Source of the DNA: an uncultured Bacteroidales bacterium
GTDB taxonomy: Bacteria > Bacteroidota > Bacteroidia > Bacteroidales > FEN-979
Assembly (NCBI GenBank): GCA_903929315.1
Contig: CAIYUC010000211.1
Location: forward strand, 8,274 to 72,273
DNA: 64,000 bases
Direction: 5' to 3'
Shown: piece after piece, positions 48,846 to 60,263 of the stretch
How the letters are laid out: each line of letters starts with the position of its first letter
Position numbering within the stretch: the stretch's first letter is position 1
Translations under genes and position numbers: made by a program
Notes under the pieces: generated by a model
What the model saw: only the letters and a program-made list of their open reading frames with translations
Databases searched by the model: none
What the model was told of the DNA's origin: nothing

Positions 48846-48949
48846 AGCCACGAGTTTTCGTGCGGGGGTGAGGTTATTTAACGGGAAATCCTGTTCATTA
48901 TTTCTACTACCTGTGAATAAGTTAAATTTGTACAAAATTTGAATCCATT

Positions 48950-50008
48950 ATGACCCTGAATGAAAGGATAGATTCATTTGTAGGGCTCGGAGAACTTTTC
49001 CGGAATTTCCCCGGCGAAACGGATGATCCGCAATTGGAAATAATCCGGGCTGCAGCAAAACAAGCGCAGATTGAAAATCCCTGGTTTTTACAAGAGAATA
49101 TTTGTCATGCTCTTTTATCACTTGCCGAAAGGTTAACTCATGAAAAGCTCGAGAAATGGCTTAAACCTTATATGAGAAAGATCGCTGACAATGATCAACC
49201 GCAAACTATAGCCATAGTAATGGCGGGAAATATCCCCCTTGTAGGTTTTCATGATTTTCTCTCTGTATTGATAACAGGACACCGGTTGATCGCTAAATTA
49301 TCTTCGCAGGATGCTGTATTGCTTCCGGCTATTATTGAGGTTTTAATTGCCAATCATCCGGAATGGAAGGATTATACCAGTATTACCAGACAACCGTTAT
49401 CTTCCTTTGATGCAATCATTGCCACCGGAAATAATAATTCCTCCAGGTACTTTGAGTATTATTTCGGAAAATATCCGAATATTATACGAAAAAACCGTAA
49501 CAGCATAGCTATTATTACTGGTGAAGAGACAAATGAGGATCTCTATGCACTGGCAGATGATGTACTGCTCTATTTCGGATTGGGGTGCAGAAGTGTTTCA
49601 AAATTATATATTCCGGTTGGTTACGATCTGAAACAGTTTATAAACAACCTTGGGAAATTCGAATATTACAGGTATCATCATAAATACAGGAACAATTATG
49701 ATTATTTTAAATCCATTTATATCATAAATAAGATCCCGTTTATTGATACGGGAGATATCATCCTGACAGAGAACAATTCAGTTTCATCACCAGTCTCTGT
49801 TATATTTTATGAATATTATGAAGATCTGAGAACTTTGTCAAAACAAATCGGGGACATGGACAGTCAATTACAAAACATTGTTTGTCATAAACGGATAAAA
49901 AGTCATTGGATTTTACCTGGTACGGCTCAACATCCTGAATTATGGGATTATGCAGATCGGATCGATACAATCGATTTTTTACTGAATCTTGGAAAGAAAG
50001 ATGAATAA
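48950..50008 (+). CDS. acyl-CoA reductase (LuxC-like) family protein
   Basis: ENPWF, MAGNIPLVGFHD, IATGNNN, YFGLGCRSVSK, LWDYAD; -7 box TAAATTTG at 48923-48930. Confidence 0.85.
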   Translation: MTLNERIDSFVGLGELFRNFPGETDDPQLEIIRAAAKQAQIENPWFLQENICHALLSLAERLTHEKLEKWLKPYMRKIADNDQPQTIAIVMAGNIPLVGFHDFLSVLITGHRLIAKLSSQDAVLLPAIIEVLIANHPEWKDYTSITRQPLSSFDAIIATGNNNSSRYFEYYFGKYPNIIRKNRNSIAIITGEETNEDLYALADDVLLYFGLGCRSVSKLYIPVGYDLKQFINNLGKFEYYRYHHKYRNNYDYFKSIYIINKIPFIDTGDIILTENNSVSSPVSVIFYEYYEDLRTLSKQIGDMDSQLQNIVCHKRIKSHWILPGTAQHPELWDYADRIDTIDFLLNLGKKDE

Positions 50009-50091
50009 ATGGCAAAATCAATAAATGATTTTTTTGTGATCTAAAGAAAAATCTTTAATTTTGCACACTTATTTGAAAAATCAGTCAAAAA

Positions 50092-50361
50092 ATGAAAAAA
50101 GATATTCACCCGAAAGATTACAGGCTGGTCGTTTTTAAGGATATGTCGAACGATTATGCATTCTTATCCAAGTCCACCATACAAACAAAAGAAACGATCC
50201 TTTGGGAAGATGGGTTGGAATACCCTTTGGTTAAACTTGAAATATCACATACCTCACATCCTTACTTTACAGGTAAAATGAAGCTTATCGATACTGCCGG
50301 CAGGGTTGACAAATTTAAAAGCAGGTATCAGAAACACATCGATCAGAGAGCCAATAAATAG
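50092..50361 (+). CDS. rpmE2: 50S ribosomal protein L31 type B
   Basis: [17 protein letters not shown]...SHPYFTGK...DTAGRVDKF; no cysteines; -7 box TAATTTTG at 50056-50063. Confidence 0.95.
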   Translation: MKKDIHPKDYRLVVFKDMSNDYAFLSKSTIQTKETILWEDGLEYPLVKLEISHTSHPYFTGKMKLIDTAGRVDKFKSRYQKHIDQRANK

Positions 50362-50386
50362 CTGGAATGTTTTACAATCAGCATTG

Positions 50387-50421
50387 AAAGCCTCCTTTTA
50401 CACAAAATGGAGGCTTTTTTT
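50387..50421 (+). terminator. intrinsic terminator after rpmE2
   Basis: AAAGCCTCC...GGAGGCTTT stem followed by a T-tract. Confidence 0.85.
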
Positions 50422-50504
50422 ATAAAATTAAATAATAAATGTCTAATTTTGTCAGTTGACTATATGACAATTACCTGAGATACAACATAAAACTATCAGT
50501 ACAA

Positions 50505-51695
50505 ATGAACTATATCTTATTCGACGAAAGTATTGTCAGAAATAACTTACTTCCGCTAACATTTACCAGACCGGTCGCGGATATCCGGATAGGGATCCTT
50601 ACCATCCGCGAAAAGTGGGAAAAATATCTGAAAGTGAAAACCTCTACTTTAACTGAAACGTATTTATCCCGTAAATACCCCATTATAAAGGAAAATAATA
50701 ACATTCTTATCAATGGATCGGTTTGTCCTAACGAGGAGATCATCAACATCATTAAAAAGCTGAAGCCAAACCAGACGGTTGTTTCACGTGATGTTATCAT
50801 TGCCCTGCACATTACGGCAGAAGAGCTTGATAATATCAGTGAAGCCACAAATGAAGGGATCGAAGAGATTAACGTGAAAAATATTCCATTAAAAGTAAAT
50901 CAGCTATGGGACATTTTTTCCAAGAATGAAGCTGCGATTTTGGAAGATTTTATTTTACTTACAAACAATAAAAAATCGCAGGAATTAAGCTCAAGTAACA
51001 AGGTGCTTGGACAGGAAAATATTTTTGTTGAGAAAGGAGCCGAAATCGAGTGCGCAGTATTGAATGGATCAACCGGACCGATCTTCATCGGCAAAAACGC
51101 GGAAATTATGGAAGGAAGCGTTATCCGGGGACCCTTTGCACTTTGCGATCATGCGCAGGTAAAAATGGCAGCAAAAATTTATGGTCCTACTACCATAGGA
51201 CCTTACTGCAGAGTAGGAGGAGAGGTGAATAATTCGGTTTTCTTTGGATTCTCAAATAAAGCCCATGATGGATTTTTAGGACATTCTGTCATAGGAGAAT
51301 GGTGCAATCTTGGTGCAGACACAAACACATCCAACCTTAAAAATACATATGATTCAGTGCGGCTGTGGAGTTACAGTAAACAGACTTTTGTTGCGACAAA
51401 CCTGCAGTTTTGCGGATTGATCATGGGAGATCACTCGATGTCCGGGATTAATACAATGTTTAATACCGGTACGGTTGTTGGTGTCAATGCAAATATATTT
51501 GGATCCGGTTTTCAGAGGAATTTCATTCCTTCATTCAGTTGGGGAGGTACCTCAGGTCATTCCAACTATAATCTGAACAAGGCCATGGAAGTTGCTGAAC
51601 TCGTTTATAAAAGAAGGAACCGGGTCTTTGATGAAACGGAAAAAGAGTTGCTCTCCAATGTCTACCACCTTACGCTGAATAATAAGTGGTTTTAA
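50505..51695 (+). CDS. GlmU-related sugar nucleotidyl/acyltransferase family protein
   Basis: LLPLTFTRPVADIRIGILTIREKW; hexapeptide beta-helix; NKAHDGFLGHS, NLGADTNTSNLKN. Confidence 0.85.
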   Translation: MNYILFDESIVRNNLLPLTFTRPVADIRIGILTIREKWEKYLKVKTSTLTETYLSRKYPIIKENNNILINGSVCPNEEIINIIKKLKPNQTVVSRDVIIALHITAEELDNISEATNEGIEEINVKNIPLKVNQLWDIFSKNEAAILEDFILLTNNKKSQELSSSNKVLGQENIFVEKGAEIECAVLNGSTGPIFIGKNAEIMEGSVIRGPFALCDHAQVKMAAKIYGPTTIGPYCRVGGEVNNSVFFGFSNKAHDGFLGHSVIGEWCNLGADTNTSNLKNTYDSVRLWSYSKQTFVATNLQFCGLIMGDHSMSGINTMFNTGTVVGVNANIFGSGFQRNFIPSFSWGGTSGHSNYNLNKAMEVAELVYKRRNRVFDETEKELLSNVYHLTLNNKWF

Positions 51696-51811
51696 AATAA
51701 TCTGACCTGAGTTTGTCATTATATTTTTTCCTGTAGAAAATTGGCATATATATTGCCATTGCTTTTCTTTTTTAAGCAATAAGTTGTAATTTAGAACCGA
51801 TTTCTTTGCAA

Positions 51812-54268
51812 ATGGAAAATCCAATCCTATATTCACCACTATTATTTTCGGAAATCCTGGATGCTGAGACTGAATTCATCCCTTTATTATCCTCGGAAGA
51901 CGAGGAAGTAATTAATTCGGAGGATGTCCCCGAAATTCTGCCAATACTTCCGCTACGGAATACTGTTTTATTTCCCGGAGTCGTCATTCCGATCACGGTC
52001 GGAAGAGACAAATCAATTAAATTAATTAAGGATTACTACAAAGGTGACAGGATTATCGGAGTGATTGCACAGAAAGATGCCTCTATTGAAGATCCGGAGT
52101 TTCATGACCTGCATACTGTCGGGACCGTCGCCTATATCATCAAGATCCTGCAAATGCCGGATGGCAGCAATACAGCTATCCTTCAGGGAAGAAGAAGATT
52201 TAAGGTAAATGAACCTCTACAAACAGACCCTTACATCAAAGCAAAAGTTTCAGCTTATAATATCCCGGTCAATTCACCTGCTGATAAGAAAGAATTTAAT
52301 GCACTGATCTCATCATTGAAAGACCTTGCAATTCAAATTGTCAATAAATCTCCCAATATACCATCGGAAGCAGCATTCGCGATTAAAAATATCGAAAGTC
52401 CTGATTTCCTGGTTCATTTCATCTCTTCAAATCTGGCCATTGAATTGATTGAAAAGCAGAAGATTCTGGAAATGACTGACCTCGCTGAAAGGGCCAACCT
52501 TGTTCTGACGCATCTTACCAGGGAAATTCAGATGCTTGATTTAAAACAACAAATTCAAAGTAAAGTAAAAGTCGATCTCGATAAGCAACAACGGGATTTC
52601 CTTCTCAACCAGCAGCTGAAAACCATCCAGGAAGAGCTTGGGGGGACTCCAAATGCGCAGGAGGTGAATACGCTCAGGGAACAGGCGAAGAATAAAAAGT
52701 GGTCAAAAGAAGTGGAAGCTGTTTTTGAAAAAGAGATGAGCAAACTTCAAAGAATGCATCCGGCTGCCGCTGAATACTCAATCCAGGTAAATTATCTTGA
52801 AACGCTTGTCCAACTTCCATGGGATACCTTTACAGAGGATAATCTCGACCTGAATCATACGCAGAAAATTTTAGATGAGGATCACTTCGGACTTGAAAAG
52901 GTTAAAGAAAGGATCATAGAATATCTGGCGGTTATCAAGCTTAAAAAGGATCTGAAATCACCCATTCTTTGCCTTGTCGGGCCTCCGGGTGTTGGAAAAA
53001 CTTCTTTAGGACGGTCGATTGCAAGAGCTTTAGGGAGAAAATATATAAGGATGTCGCTCGGTGGGTTAAGAGACGAATCGGAATTGAGAGGGCACCGGAA
53101 GACCTATATTGGCGCAATGCCTGGCAGGATAATCCAGAATCTGAAGAAAGTGAAATCTTCAAATCCTGTTTTTGTGCTGGATGAGATCGATAAGGTAAGC
53201 GGGATGAACTTCAGTGGGGATCCGCAAGCAGCTTTGCTGGAGGTCTTGGACCCTGATCAAAACGTAGCGTTCTATGATAATTTTCTCGAGATCGAATACA
53301 ACCTTTCAAGGATCATGTTCATCGCAACTGCGAATACATTGAGTACTGTGCATCCTGCCTTACGTGACAGAATGGAGGTAATCGAACTTCCTGGTTATAT
53401 AATCGAAGAAAAGATTGAAATCGCTACCCGTCATCTGGTACCCAAACAAATGAAAGAACATGGCTTACGAAAAACCCAATTGATATTCAGCAGGGACCTG
53501 TTACAAAAAATCGTCGAAGACTATACACGGGAATCAGGCGTCAGGACGTTGGAGAGAAATATTGCCAGGATCATCAGGAACAAAGCTAAATCCATTGTCA
53601 CCAAAGAAAAATTTACAAGGAATCTCGGTACTGAGGATCTTAATAAAATCTTAGGTCGTCCTATTTTCCAGGTTGAAAAATCCATATCAAATGTGGTGGC
53701 CGGTGTTGTAACCGGTCTTGCCTGGACCGCTACAGGAGGAGAAATTCTTTTCGTAGAAGTCAGCCTGAGTAAGGGGAAAGGTGAACTTACACTGACCGGT
53801 AATCTGGGAGATGTAATGAAAGAATCGGCTTCCATTGCACTGGCATATTTAAAATCACATGCTTTTCTCTTTGGGATCGATCCCAATGTCTTTGAAAAAT
53901 GGAATGTACATATTCATGTACCTGAAGGTGCAACTCCAAAAGATGGGCCGTCAGCCGGGATTACCATGTTCACTGCGCTTGCTTCTGCTTTCACCCAGCG
54001 AAAAGTAAAGGAAAAGCTCGCCATGACTGGCGAAATCACATTACGCGGGAAAGTGCTGCCGGTAGGGGGGATCCGGGAGAAAATCCTTGCTGCCAAACGA
54101 GCCAATATTACTGACATCATCCTGTCAGTTGAGAACCGGAAAGATATCGAAGAGATAAAACCTGATTATATCAAAGGTTTGAATTTCCACTACATTGAAG
54201 AGATGGCAGAAATCAATAACCTTGCAATGCTAAATGAGAGGGTAGCAAATCCTATTTCTTTTAGTTAA
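51812..54268 (+). CDS. lon: ATP-dependent Lon protease
   Basis: [34 protein letters not shown] catalytic Ser, [10 protein letters not shown] catalytic Lys. Confidence 0.97.
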   Translation: MENPILYSPLLFSEILDAETEFIPLLSSEDEEVINSEDVPEILPILPLRNTVLFPGVVIPITVGRDKSIKLIKDYYKGDRIIGVIAQKDASIEDPEFHDLHTVGTVAYIIKILQMPDGSNTAILQGRRRFKVNEPLQTDPYIKAKVSAYNIPVNSPADKKEFNALISSLKDLAIQIVNKSPNIPSEAAFAIKNIESPDFLVHFISSNLAIELIEKQKILEMTDLAERANLVLTHLTREIQMLDLKQQIQSKVKVDLDKQQRDFLLNQQLKTIQEELGGTPNAQEVNTLREQAKNKKWSKEVEAVFEKEMSKLQRMHPAAAEYSIQVNYLETLVQLPWDTFTEDNLDLNHTQKILDEDHFGLEKVKERIIEYLAVIKLKKDLKSPILCLVGPPGVGKTSLGRSIARALGRKYIRMSLGGLRDESELRGHRKTYIGAMPGRIIQNLKKVKSSNPVFVLDEIDKVSGMNFSGDPQAALLEVLDPDQNVAFYDNFLEIEYNLSRIMFIATANTLSTVHPALRDRMEVIELPGYIIEEKIEIATRHLVPKQMKEHGLRKTQLIFSRDLLQKIVEDYTRESGVRTLERNIARIIRNKAKSIVTKEKFTRNLGTEDLNKILGRPIFQVEKSISNVVAGVVTGLAWTATGGEILFVEVSLSKGKGELTLTGNLGDVMKESASIALAYLKSHAFLFGIDPNVFEKWNVHIHVPEGATPKDGPSAGITMFTALASAFTQRKVKEKLAMTGEITLRGKVLPVGGIREKILAAKRANITDIILSVENRKDIEEIKPDYIKGLNFHYIEEMAEINNLAMLNERVANPISFS

Positions 54269-54292
54269 TTGCCGTTTGGATTATATCCCTAA

Positions 54293-55978
54293 TCATTTCG
54301 ATTTTGCTTTTATTTTATGCACTATTGTCGTTGCTTCCTTTATAAGAATATTCTCATATGGATCGAAAACTGCAGTAATAGGGCGTTTGGTAAAGACAAA
54401 CTCAAATACCTGAGGATTAAAGGTATTATCCACCTTAATTAATGTATCGCTTTTATCTGAGAATCCAACCAGCATTTGTAAAGGCATCTGAAAAAAAGGT
54501 GCATTCGATTGAGTTTGTTCAACCATATATTTAACTTTCCATTTATTTTTTCCTAAAGCGCTGATCTCAAAAGTATTTTTATATACAGGATGGTTTGAAG
54601 AATAGATCCATTCATGAAAGTACCATGAATAATCCTTTCTGCTGACCTGGTTCACCTTTGCGATAAAGTCCTTTGTCACAGCATTTTTAAATATAAAATT
54701 GGTATCCGTTATATATTCGTACAGAACACGGAAAAAAACAGAATCTCCTAAGAGGTACCTGAGCTGATGAAGAATGCAGGCTCCTTTATCATAGATAACC
54801 GAAGCAGTATAAAGCATATTCACCGGTGGGGTTTGGAAAACCCATCCGGGGTTATATACTGGAAATCCAGGGTTATTATTCAGGTAAACATTGGCCTGAT
54901 TGTTCAAATGATCCTGATAAGCCGGATAACCTGTTGTATGCTCAAGCCATAACGATTCGCAATAAGTGGCAAAGCTTTCGTTCAGCCAGATATCAGCCCA
55001 GGTCCCGCAGGTAACAAGATCACCAAACCACTGATGCGAAAATTCATGGGCAATCAGACCTTCCCGCCATCCGTTCAGTTGAAGATTGATCATTGTCTGG
55101 TTTTCCATTCCACCCCATTGGAAAAGCCCGTTTAATGTTGCGAATCCGATTTTCTCAAAAGGATATTCGCCAAATTTCCGGGAATAGAAATCTGTCATAG
55201 GGATAATAATGGATTCAACAGAGAATGGATTTTCAGATTGCTTATAATAAAATCTCACCGGGATGCTATCCTTTGGATTTCCCGGTTTATGCCAGTATTT
55301 TATATCAATGTTGTAACCTTTTCCTGAAGTCAGGGTCATCAGGTAGGTTGCCATCGGATCATGGCTGATCCAATGGTAATATATGGTATCTCCGGTTATC
55401 ACAGAATCAGCCAATATCCCGTTTGATGCAAGCCTCACAGATCCAGGCACTTTAGCTGTCAATTCCCATTTTGCTTTATCGGAAGGTTTGTCCCAGCATG
55501 GAAAACATCTTCTTGCCCCTTCTGCCGGAAAGTCGAAGAAAACATAGCCACCACCGGAATAAAATGCATGATCGGCAGTATCCTTATGCCTGTAAAAAAT
55601 CTTTACGTTGACAGTCTCACCCGGCAGATAGGTCCGGTTTAAATAAACGTTCAGGGTGTCCCGGGCATGGGTGAAGGAAACCCCGGCCATTTCGACAGAA
55701 TCAATTTGTAAAGAACTATTGACAGCATTGAGTTTGATCAGATTTAAAGATGAATCAACCCTGAAAGTGATCATTTCTTTCGCCGTGAATGACTTAGGGT
55801 AAGGGGAATCATAACAGGGATAAATATCGATATCGAGCTTGTATTTCTGAACATCATATGAATGCTTCAGATAATAATGAGCCGTATCAATGGAGGTGGG
55901 TTTATCTGCATGAATGGTTGAAATAAATCCGATTGTAAGCAAGCTCAAAAAGTGGATCTTTCGGATGAGATGTCTCAT
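54293..55978 (-). CDS. M1-family aminopeptidase, secreted, without T9SS CTD
   Basis: GGMEN, HEFSH-18-E (NESFA), YDKGA; ends TIVHKIKAKSK. Confidence 0.9.
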   Translation of the reverse strand: MRHLIRKIHFLSLLTIGFISTIHADKPTSIDTAHYYLKHSYDVQKYKLDIDIYPCYDSPYPKSFTAKEMITFRVDSSLNLIKLNAVNSSLQIDSVEMAGVSFTHARDTLNVYLNRTYLPGETVNVKIFYRHKDTADHAFYSGGGYVFFDFPAEGARRCFPCWDKPSDKAKWELTAKVPGSVRLASNGILADSVITGDTIYYHWISHDPMATYLMTLTSGKGYNIDIKYWHKPGNPKDSIPVRFYYKQSENPFSVESIIIPMTDFYSRKFGEYPFEKIGFATLNGLFQWGGMENQTMINLQLNGWREGLIAHEFSHQWFGDLVTCGTWADIWLNESFATYCESLWLEHTTGYPAYQDHLNNQANVYLNNNPGFPVYNPGWVFQTPPVNMLYTASVIYDKGACILHQLRYLLGDSVFFRVLYEYITDTNFIFKNAVTKDFIAKVNQVSRKDYSWYFHEWIYSSNHPVYKNTFEISALGKNKWKVKYMVEQTQSNAPFFQMPLQMLVGFSDKSDTLIKVDNTFNPQVFEFVFTKRPITAVFDPYENILIKEATTIVHKIKAKSK

Positions 55979-56009
55979 TTACAAAACAATACTGGTATCA
56001 ATGATCGGG

Positions 56010-58235
56010 TTACTTCAGTAAGATGACCTTCCGGGTTGCAACCCAGTTTTGTCCGGTCAGCCTTAAAAAATATATTCCTTGCCATTCGGATGACAGATCA
56101 AGGTTTATTACCTGGTCATTGGCTTTTATCTCACGGATGATCTTCCCGGTTGAATTATAAACGGTTAAATTTTCAAAAGGAAGATCTGACTGAATCTGGA
56201 TAACCCCGGAAGCAGGATTGGGAAATATTTTGATAATTTCTGGTTGCTTTTCCGCGATTCCACTGGTTGTTCCTTCTTGGATGACCGTAAAAGAGAAGGG
56301 AGGTAGTATCGAATCCCTGATAGTAAATGGTGAAGACCGTTGTGAGGTGTTCGGATTGGAAACCAATGTATGAAAAATAAGCGTATCCATATTATAACTC
56401 CCTGTACCATAGGTCTTGTTTACAGTCAACCAAAAAGGCATAGTACCCTTGAGAGCCCAATGGCCCATAGTCAGAACAGTGAATTTTCCATAACTGTCCC
56501 CGGTTGACCCTAAAATAACTCTTGTTGTTTGCTTTAATACAATCTGGTTCCCAGGATCAAACTGGAAACTTACCGGTCGTTTGTTAAATGTCCAACTGAA
56601 ATTTTGATTATTCGAATCATTCATGACCCGGAATGTTGTATCCGTGCTATCGGCAAATTGGACATTCATTTCAAGGATCATGGGAAAGAAGGATGGATTC
56701 GCTTGTACCTGGCTTGCCATGAAGTCTACTTTCCATTGTCCGGAGCCAATATCCTGGAAATCATAAGAATTCTGGTAAATTGGATGATTGGGCTGATAAA
56801 CCCATGCATTGAAGTACCAGTCATAATTTTTTCCGGTGACCTCGTTCACCTTTGCATTAAAATAAGCAGTTGTGGCATTCTTGAATCTTAAATTAGTATC
56901 TGTGGCATAGGACTGTAATGTGCGGAAGAATAATGTATCACCAAGCATATATCTTAGCTGGTGCAATATACAGGCGCCTTTTTCATAGGTAATGGCATAA
57001 TTGAATAAAATATACGCGGGGGGAGTATGAATTGCCCAATCCGGAATATAAATTGCCCATCCGGGATTGTTTGCAAGATAACCTGCTGCAAAATCATCTA
57101 TTGTGGTTTTGTATGCAGCTATTCCACCTGAATACTCCTTCCAGAAAGCTTGTGACCACGTGGCAAACCCTTCATTCAACCAGATATCAGCCCAGGTGGC
57201 ACAAGTGATCATATCTCCGAACCATTGATGGCAAAATTCATGGGAAACAAGATCCACTTGCCAGCAATTCTTGCAAAGGCTTGTTAATGTCTGGTTCTCC
57301 ATTCCACCCCATGGAAAAAGAGTATCCAAGGTGGCAAACCCATTTTTCGGATACGGATGTTCACAATAATTCTGTGAATAATAAGTAGTCATCTGCTTGA
57401 TAATATTTTCAACTGGAGAAGGATTTTCACCAGCATTATAATAAAACCGGAAAGGAATGCTGTCATTCGGATTACTCAACTTATGCCAGTAAATAATATC
57501 CAGGTTATAATTCACTTTTGCTGACATGACGATCAAATAGGTCGATATCCTGTTTGTACTCACCCAGTGATAAGTTATAGTATCCGCGACTTTTATTGAA
57601 TCCATCAGTATCCCGTTAGATCCAAGCTTCACTGTAGCGGGCACCCGTGCAGTCAGATCCAGCGTTGCTTTATCAGAAGGTTTATCCCAGCATGGATACC
57701 AGCAACGTGCTCCTTCCGGCTCGCAATCAGTAAAAACCAGGCCACCTGAAACATAAAATCCATTGTCACTAACATCATTATGATGATAATAGATCTTAAC
57801 CCGGACGATTTCACCGGAATTATAGGCTCTGTCAAGCTGAACCGTCAAAGTGTCATTGGAATGTGTGAAGGAAATTCCGGCCAATCTCACCGAATCAATC
57901 GTCAGGGAAATATTTACAGCATTCAGCTGGATCGAACTCAGTGTGGAATCAACCTGAAACGTGATGGTATTCGATGCCTGAAAATCTTTTGGATAAGCAT
58001 TGATTAAAGAATCATAGATAAAACAATGATAGATATCAAGATTCAGTGTATAATCCAATACATCATATAAATGGGTAGGTCCACTTTCGATGTTTCCCGG
58101 AGAAGGCGGCAGGTATTTCATAGCCGATTTTTTCATTGAGCAGGCCCGGGAACCTGTCATTGTCATTATATCCTGTGAATAAGCCGTGATAACAGTGAAT
58201 ATTGCAATACTACATATCGCAAGAATTTTATTCAT
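56010..58235 (-). CDS. M1-family aminopeptidase with BACON-like insert and T9SS type A CTD
   Basis: GGMEN, HEFCH-18-E (NEGFA), YEKGA; CTD IFPNPASG...GIYFLRL...RKVILLK. Confidence 0.9.
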   Translation of the reverse strand: MNKILAICSIAIFTVITAYSQDIMTMTGSRACSMKKSAMKYLPPSPGNIESGPTHLYDVLDYTLNLDIYHCFIYDSLINAYPKDFQASNTITFQVDSTLSSIQLNAVNISLTIDSVRLAGISFTHSNDTLTVQLDRAYNSGEIVRVKIYYHHNDVSDNGFYVSGGLVFTDCEPEGARCWYPCWDKPSDKATLDLTARVPATVKLGSNGILMDSIKVADTITYHWVSTNRISTYLIVMSAKVNYNLDIIYWHKLSNPNDSIPFRFYYNAGENPSPVENIIKQMTTYYSQNYCEHPYPKNGFATLDTLFPWGGMENQTLTSLCKNCWQVDLVSHEFCHQWFGDMITCATWADIWLNEGFATWSQAFWKEYSGGIAAYKTTIDDFAAGYLANNPGWAIYIPDWAIHTPPAYILFNYAITYEKGACILHQLRYMLGDTLFFRTLQSYATDTNLRFKNATTAYFNAKVNEVTGKNYDWYFNAWVYQPNHPIYQNSYDFQDIGSGQWKVDFMASQVQANPSFFPMILEMNVQFADSTDTTFRVMNDSNNQNFSWTFNKRPVSFQFDPGNQIVLKQTTRVILGSTGDSYGKFTVLTMGHWALKGTMPFWLTVNKTYGTGSYNMDTLIFHTLVSNPNTSQRSSPFTIRDSILPPFSFTVIQEGTTSGIAEKQPEIIKIFPNPASGVIQIQSDLPFENLTVYNSTGKIIREIKANDQVINLDLSSEWQGIYFLRLTGQNWVATRKVILLK

Positions 58236-58253
58236 AGGAAACAGAATGATGAT

Positions 58254-60263
58254 TTACCTTGTAATTATCATTTTCCTGGTTGCTGAAGAATTTCCTGCAA
58301 TCATCCTGTAGTAATACATACCGGGTGCAAGACTGTTACACTCGATATCGGTAAAATATTTTCCAGCCGGTTTTACTTCATTAACCGGCATCATTAAGAC
58401 TTTACCGGTTAGATCTGTGATCTCAAGCTTTATGGGCATGGGTTCTGAAGTTTCGTAAACGATCCTGGTTGAATTCGTAGCAGGATTCGGGATATTCTGC
58501 CATAGGAAGAATTTCTCCTTTTTTGCCTGATTATCAACAATTCCAACAACCGTTGATCCTTGTTTCAGTACAATCTGGTCATTCATGTCGAACCGGAAAA
58601 CAGCGGGTTGTTTATGAAAGGTCCATGTATAATACTGGATATTGTGATCATTCATAAACTGGATGGTAGTATCGGAAAGATCTGGAAAAATGATTGTCGC
58701 ATTAAGAAGCATCGGGAAAAATGTTCCGTTTGTCTGGATCTGGGTAGCAAGGAAATTGACATTCCACATACCTGATCCTATATCCTCGAAATTATAGGTG
58801 TTCTGGTAAACGGGATGATCTGCCTGATAGATCCATGCATTAAAATACCAATCATAATTGCTGCCTGTGACAAGGTTGACTTCTGCATTAAAATCAGCGG
58901 TAACGGCTGATTTATATTTTAAATTTGTATCGGCACAATATGCCTGAAGTACAGCCAGGAACACAGAATCACCCAACATATAGCGCAATTGATGCATTAC
59001 ACATGCAGCCTTGTCATAGACTATGGCTGAATTAAATAAGGTATCGACGGGAGGAGTATTCAGCGCCCATTCTGGCATGGAAATGGGAAAATGGGGGTTC
59101 GCTTGAAAGTAATAGGCAGCATCATTGTTAATAAAACTTTTATAACCCGTATACCCATGTGAATTTTCCCACCAGAATGCTTCACAATATGTGGCGAACC
59201 CTTCGTTCAGCCAGACATCTGCCCAGGTTCCACAAGTGATCATATCGCCAAACCATTGATGAGCGAATTCATGTGAAACAAGGTCTTCACTCCAGCAAGA
59301 CGGGCACAAGCTTGTGAGTGTCTGGTTCTCCATTCCACCCCAGAAAAACTGAGAATTTAATGTCGCAAATCCATCCTTGGGAAACGGATGTTCACAAAAA
59401 TTCTGAGAATAATAGGTAGTCATTGGTCCTATGATACTTTCAATATAGGAAGGATCTTCACCGCTGTTATAATAGAATCTTATGGGAATACTGTCACTCG
59501 GATTGCTGATTTTATGCCAGTATATAATATTTAATTGATAGTTTACTTTTGAAGAAATTACCATCAGGTAGGTTGCTATTCTATCGGAGCTGACCCAATG
59601 ATAGGTGAGAGTATCTCCGACCAGGGTTGAATCGGTCAATATTCCGTTAGAGCCGAGTTTTACAGAATCCGGAACTTTTACCGTAATATCCATCGTTGCT
59701 TTATCGGAAGGCTTATCCCAGCAAGGAAACCATTTTCTGGCACTTTCTGGTTCACAGTCTGTGAAGACCATTCCATCGGAAGCATAAAAGGCACGGTCAG
59801 GAACGGCATCCGAGATGTTTTTATGATGATAGCAAACCTTCACCTGGGCGATCTCATTGGGGTTATAGGTGCGGTTCAGATTAATGGTCAGAATGTTATT
59901 TGAATTCGTAAAGGAGATACCTGCCATTCTCACAGAATCAATGGTGAGAAAACCTGTATCTGCATTAAGTTTAATGGAATTCAAAGTGGAATCTACTTTA
60001 AAGGTAATAATATTGGTCGCCCTGAAATCCTTTGGATAAGGACTCGTATAACAATGATAAATATTAAGGTTCAGGGAATAGCTGAGAACATCAAAGCTAT
60101 GTGGCATAAATTGCTCGGAATTATCCACTTTAGAAGGATTCAAAGGCATATGCGACTTTTTGTAAGAACAATATTCCGATCCGCTCATTTTCGGAAAAGT
60201 TTGGGAGTACCCGAATAAACATATGATAGCTGAAATAATAGTGAGTATTAATACTTTTTTCAT
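58254..60263 (-). CDS. M1-family aminopeptidase with T9SS type A CTD
   Basis: ATG 60263 (MKKVLILTII); GGMEN, HEFAH-18-E; CTD QNIPNPA...GMYYYRM...RKMIITR. Confidence 0.9.
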   Translation of the reverse strand: MKKVLILTIISAIICLFGYSQTFPKMSGSEYCSYKKSHMPLNPSKVDNSEQFMPHSFDVLSYSLNLNIYHCYTSPYPKDFRATNIITFKVDSTLNSIKLNADTGFLTIDSVRMAGISFTNSNNILTINLNRTYNPNEIAQVKVCYHHKNISDAVPDRAFYASDGMVFTDCEPESARKWFPCWDKPSDKATMDITVKVPDSVKLGSNGILTDSTLVGDTLTYHWVSSDRIATYLMVISSKVNYQLNIIYWHKISNPSDSIPIRFYYNSGEDPSYIESIIGPMTTYYSQNFCEHPFPKDGFATLNSQFFWGGMENQTLTSLCPSCWSEDLVSHEFAHQWFGDMITCGTWADVWLNEGFATYCEAFWWENSHGYTGYKSFINNDAAYYFQANPHFPISMPEWALNTPPVDTLFNSAIVYDKAACVMHQLRYMLGDSVFLAVLQAYCADTNLKYKSAVTADFNAEVNLVTGSNYDWYFNAWIYQADHPVYQNTYNFEDIGSGMWNVNFLATQIQTNGTFFPMLLNATIIFPDLSDTTIQFMNDHNIQYYTWTFHKQPAVFRFDMNDQIVLKQGSTVVGIVDNQAKKEKFFLWQNIPNPATNSTRIVYETSEPMPIKLEITDLTGKVLMMPVNEVKPAGKYFTDIECNSLAPGMYYYRMIAGNSSATRKMIITR

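Noticed and set aside
47609-48920. Scattered DnaA-box matches (47609, 48652, 48912)
   Set aside because: Isolated 9-mers are expected by chance in AT-rich DNA and are not clustered
48950-50008. Bioluminescence (lux) operon
   Set aside because: Only a LuxC-like reductase; no luxA/B/D/E nearby, and such stand-alone genes are common in Bacteroidota
50092-50361. Zinc-starvation paralogue of L31
   Set aside because: The cysteine-free type B form is the ordinary L31 in this phylum; no Zur-like box recognised
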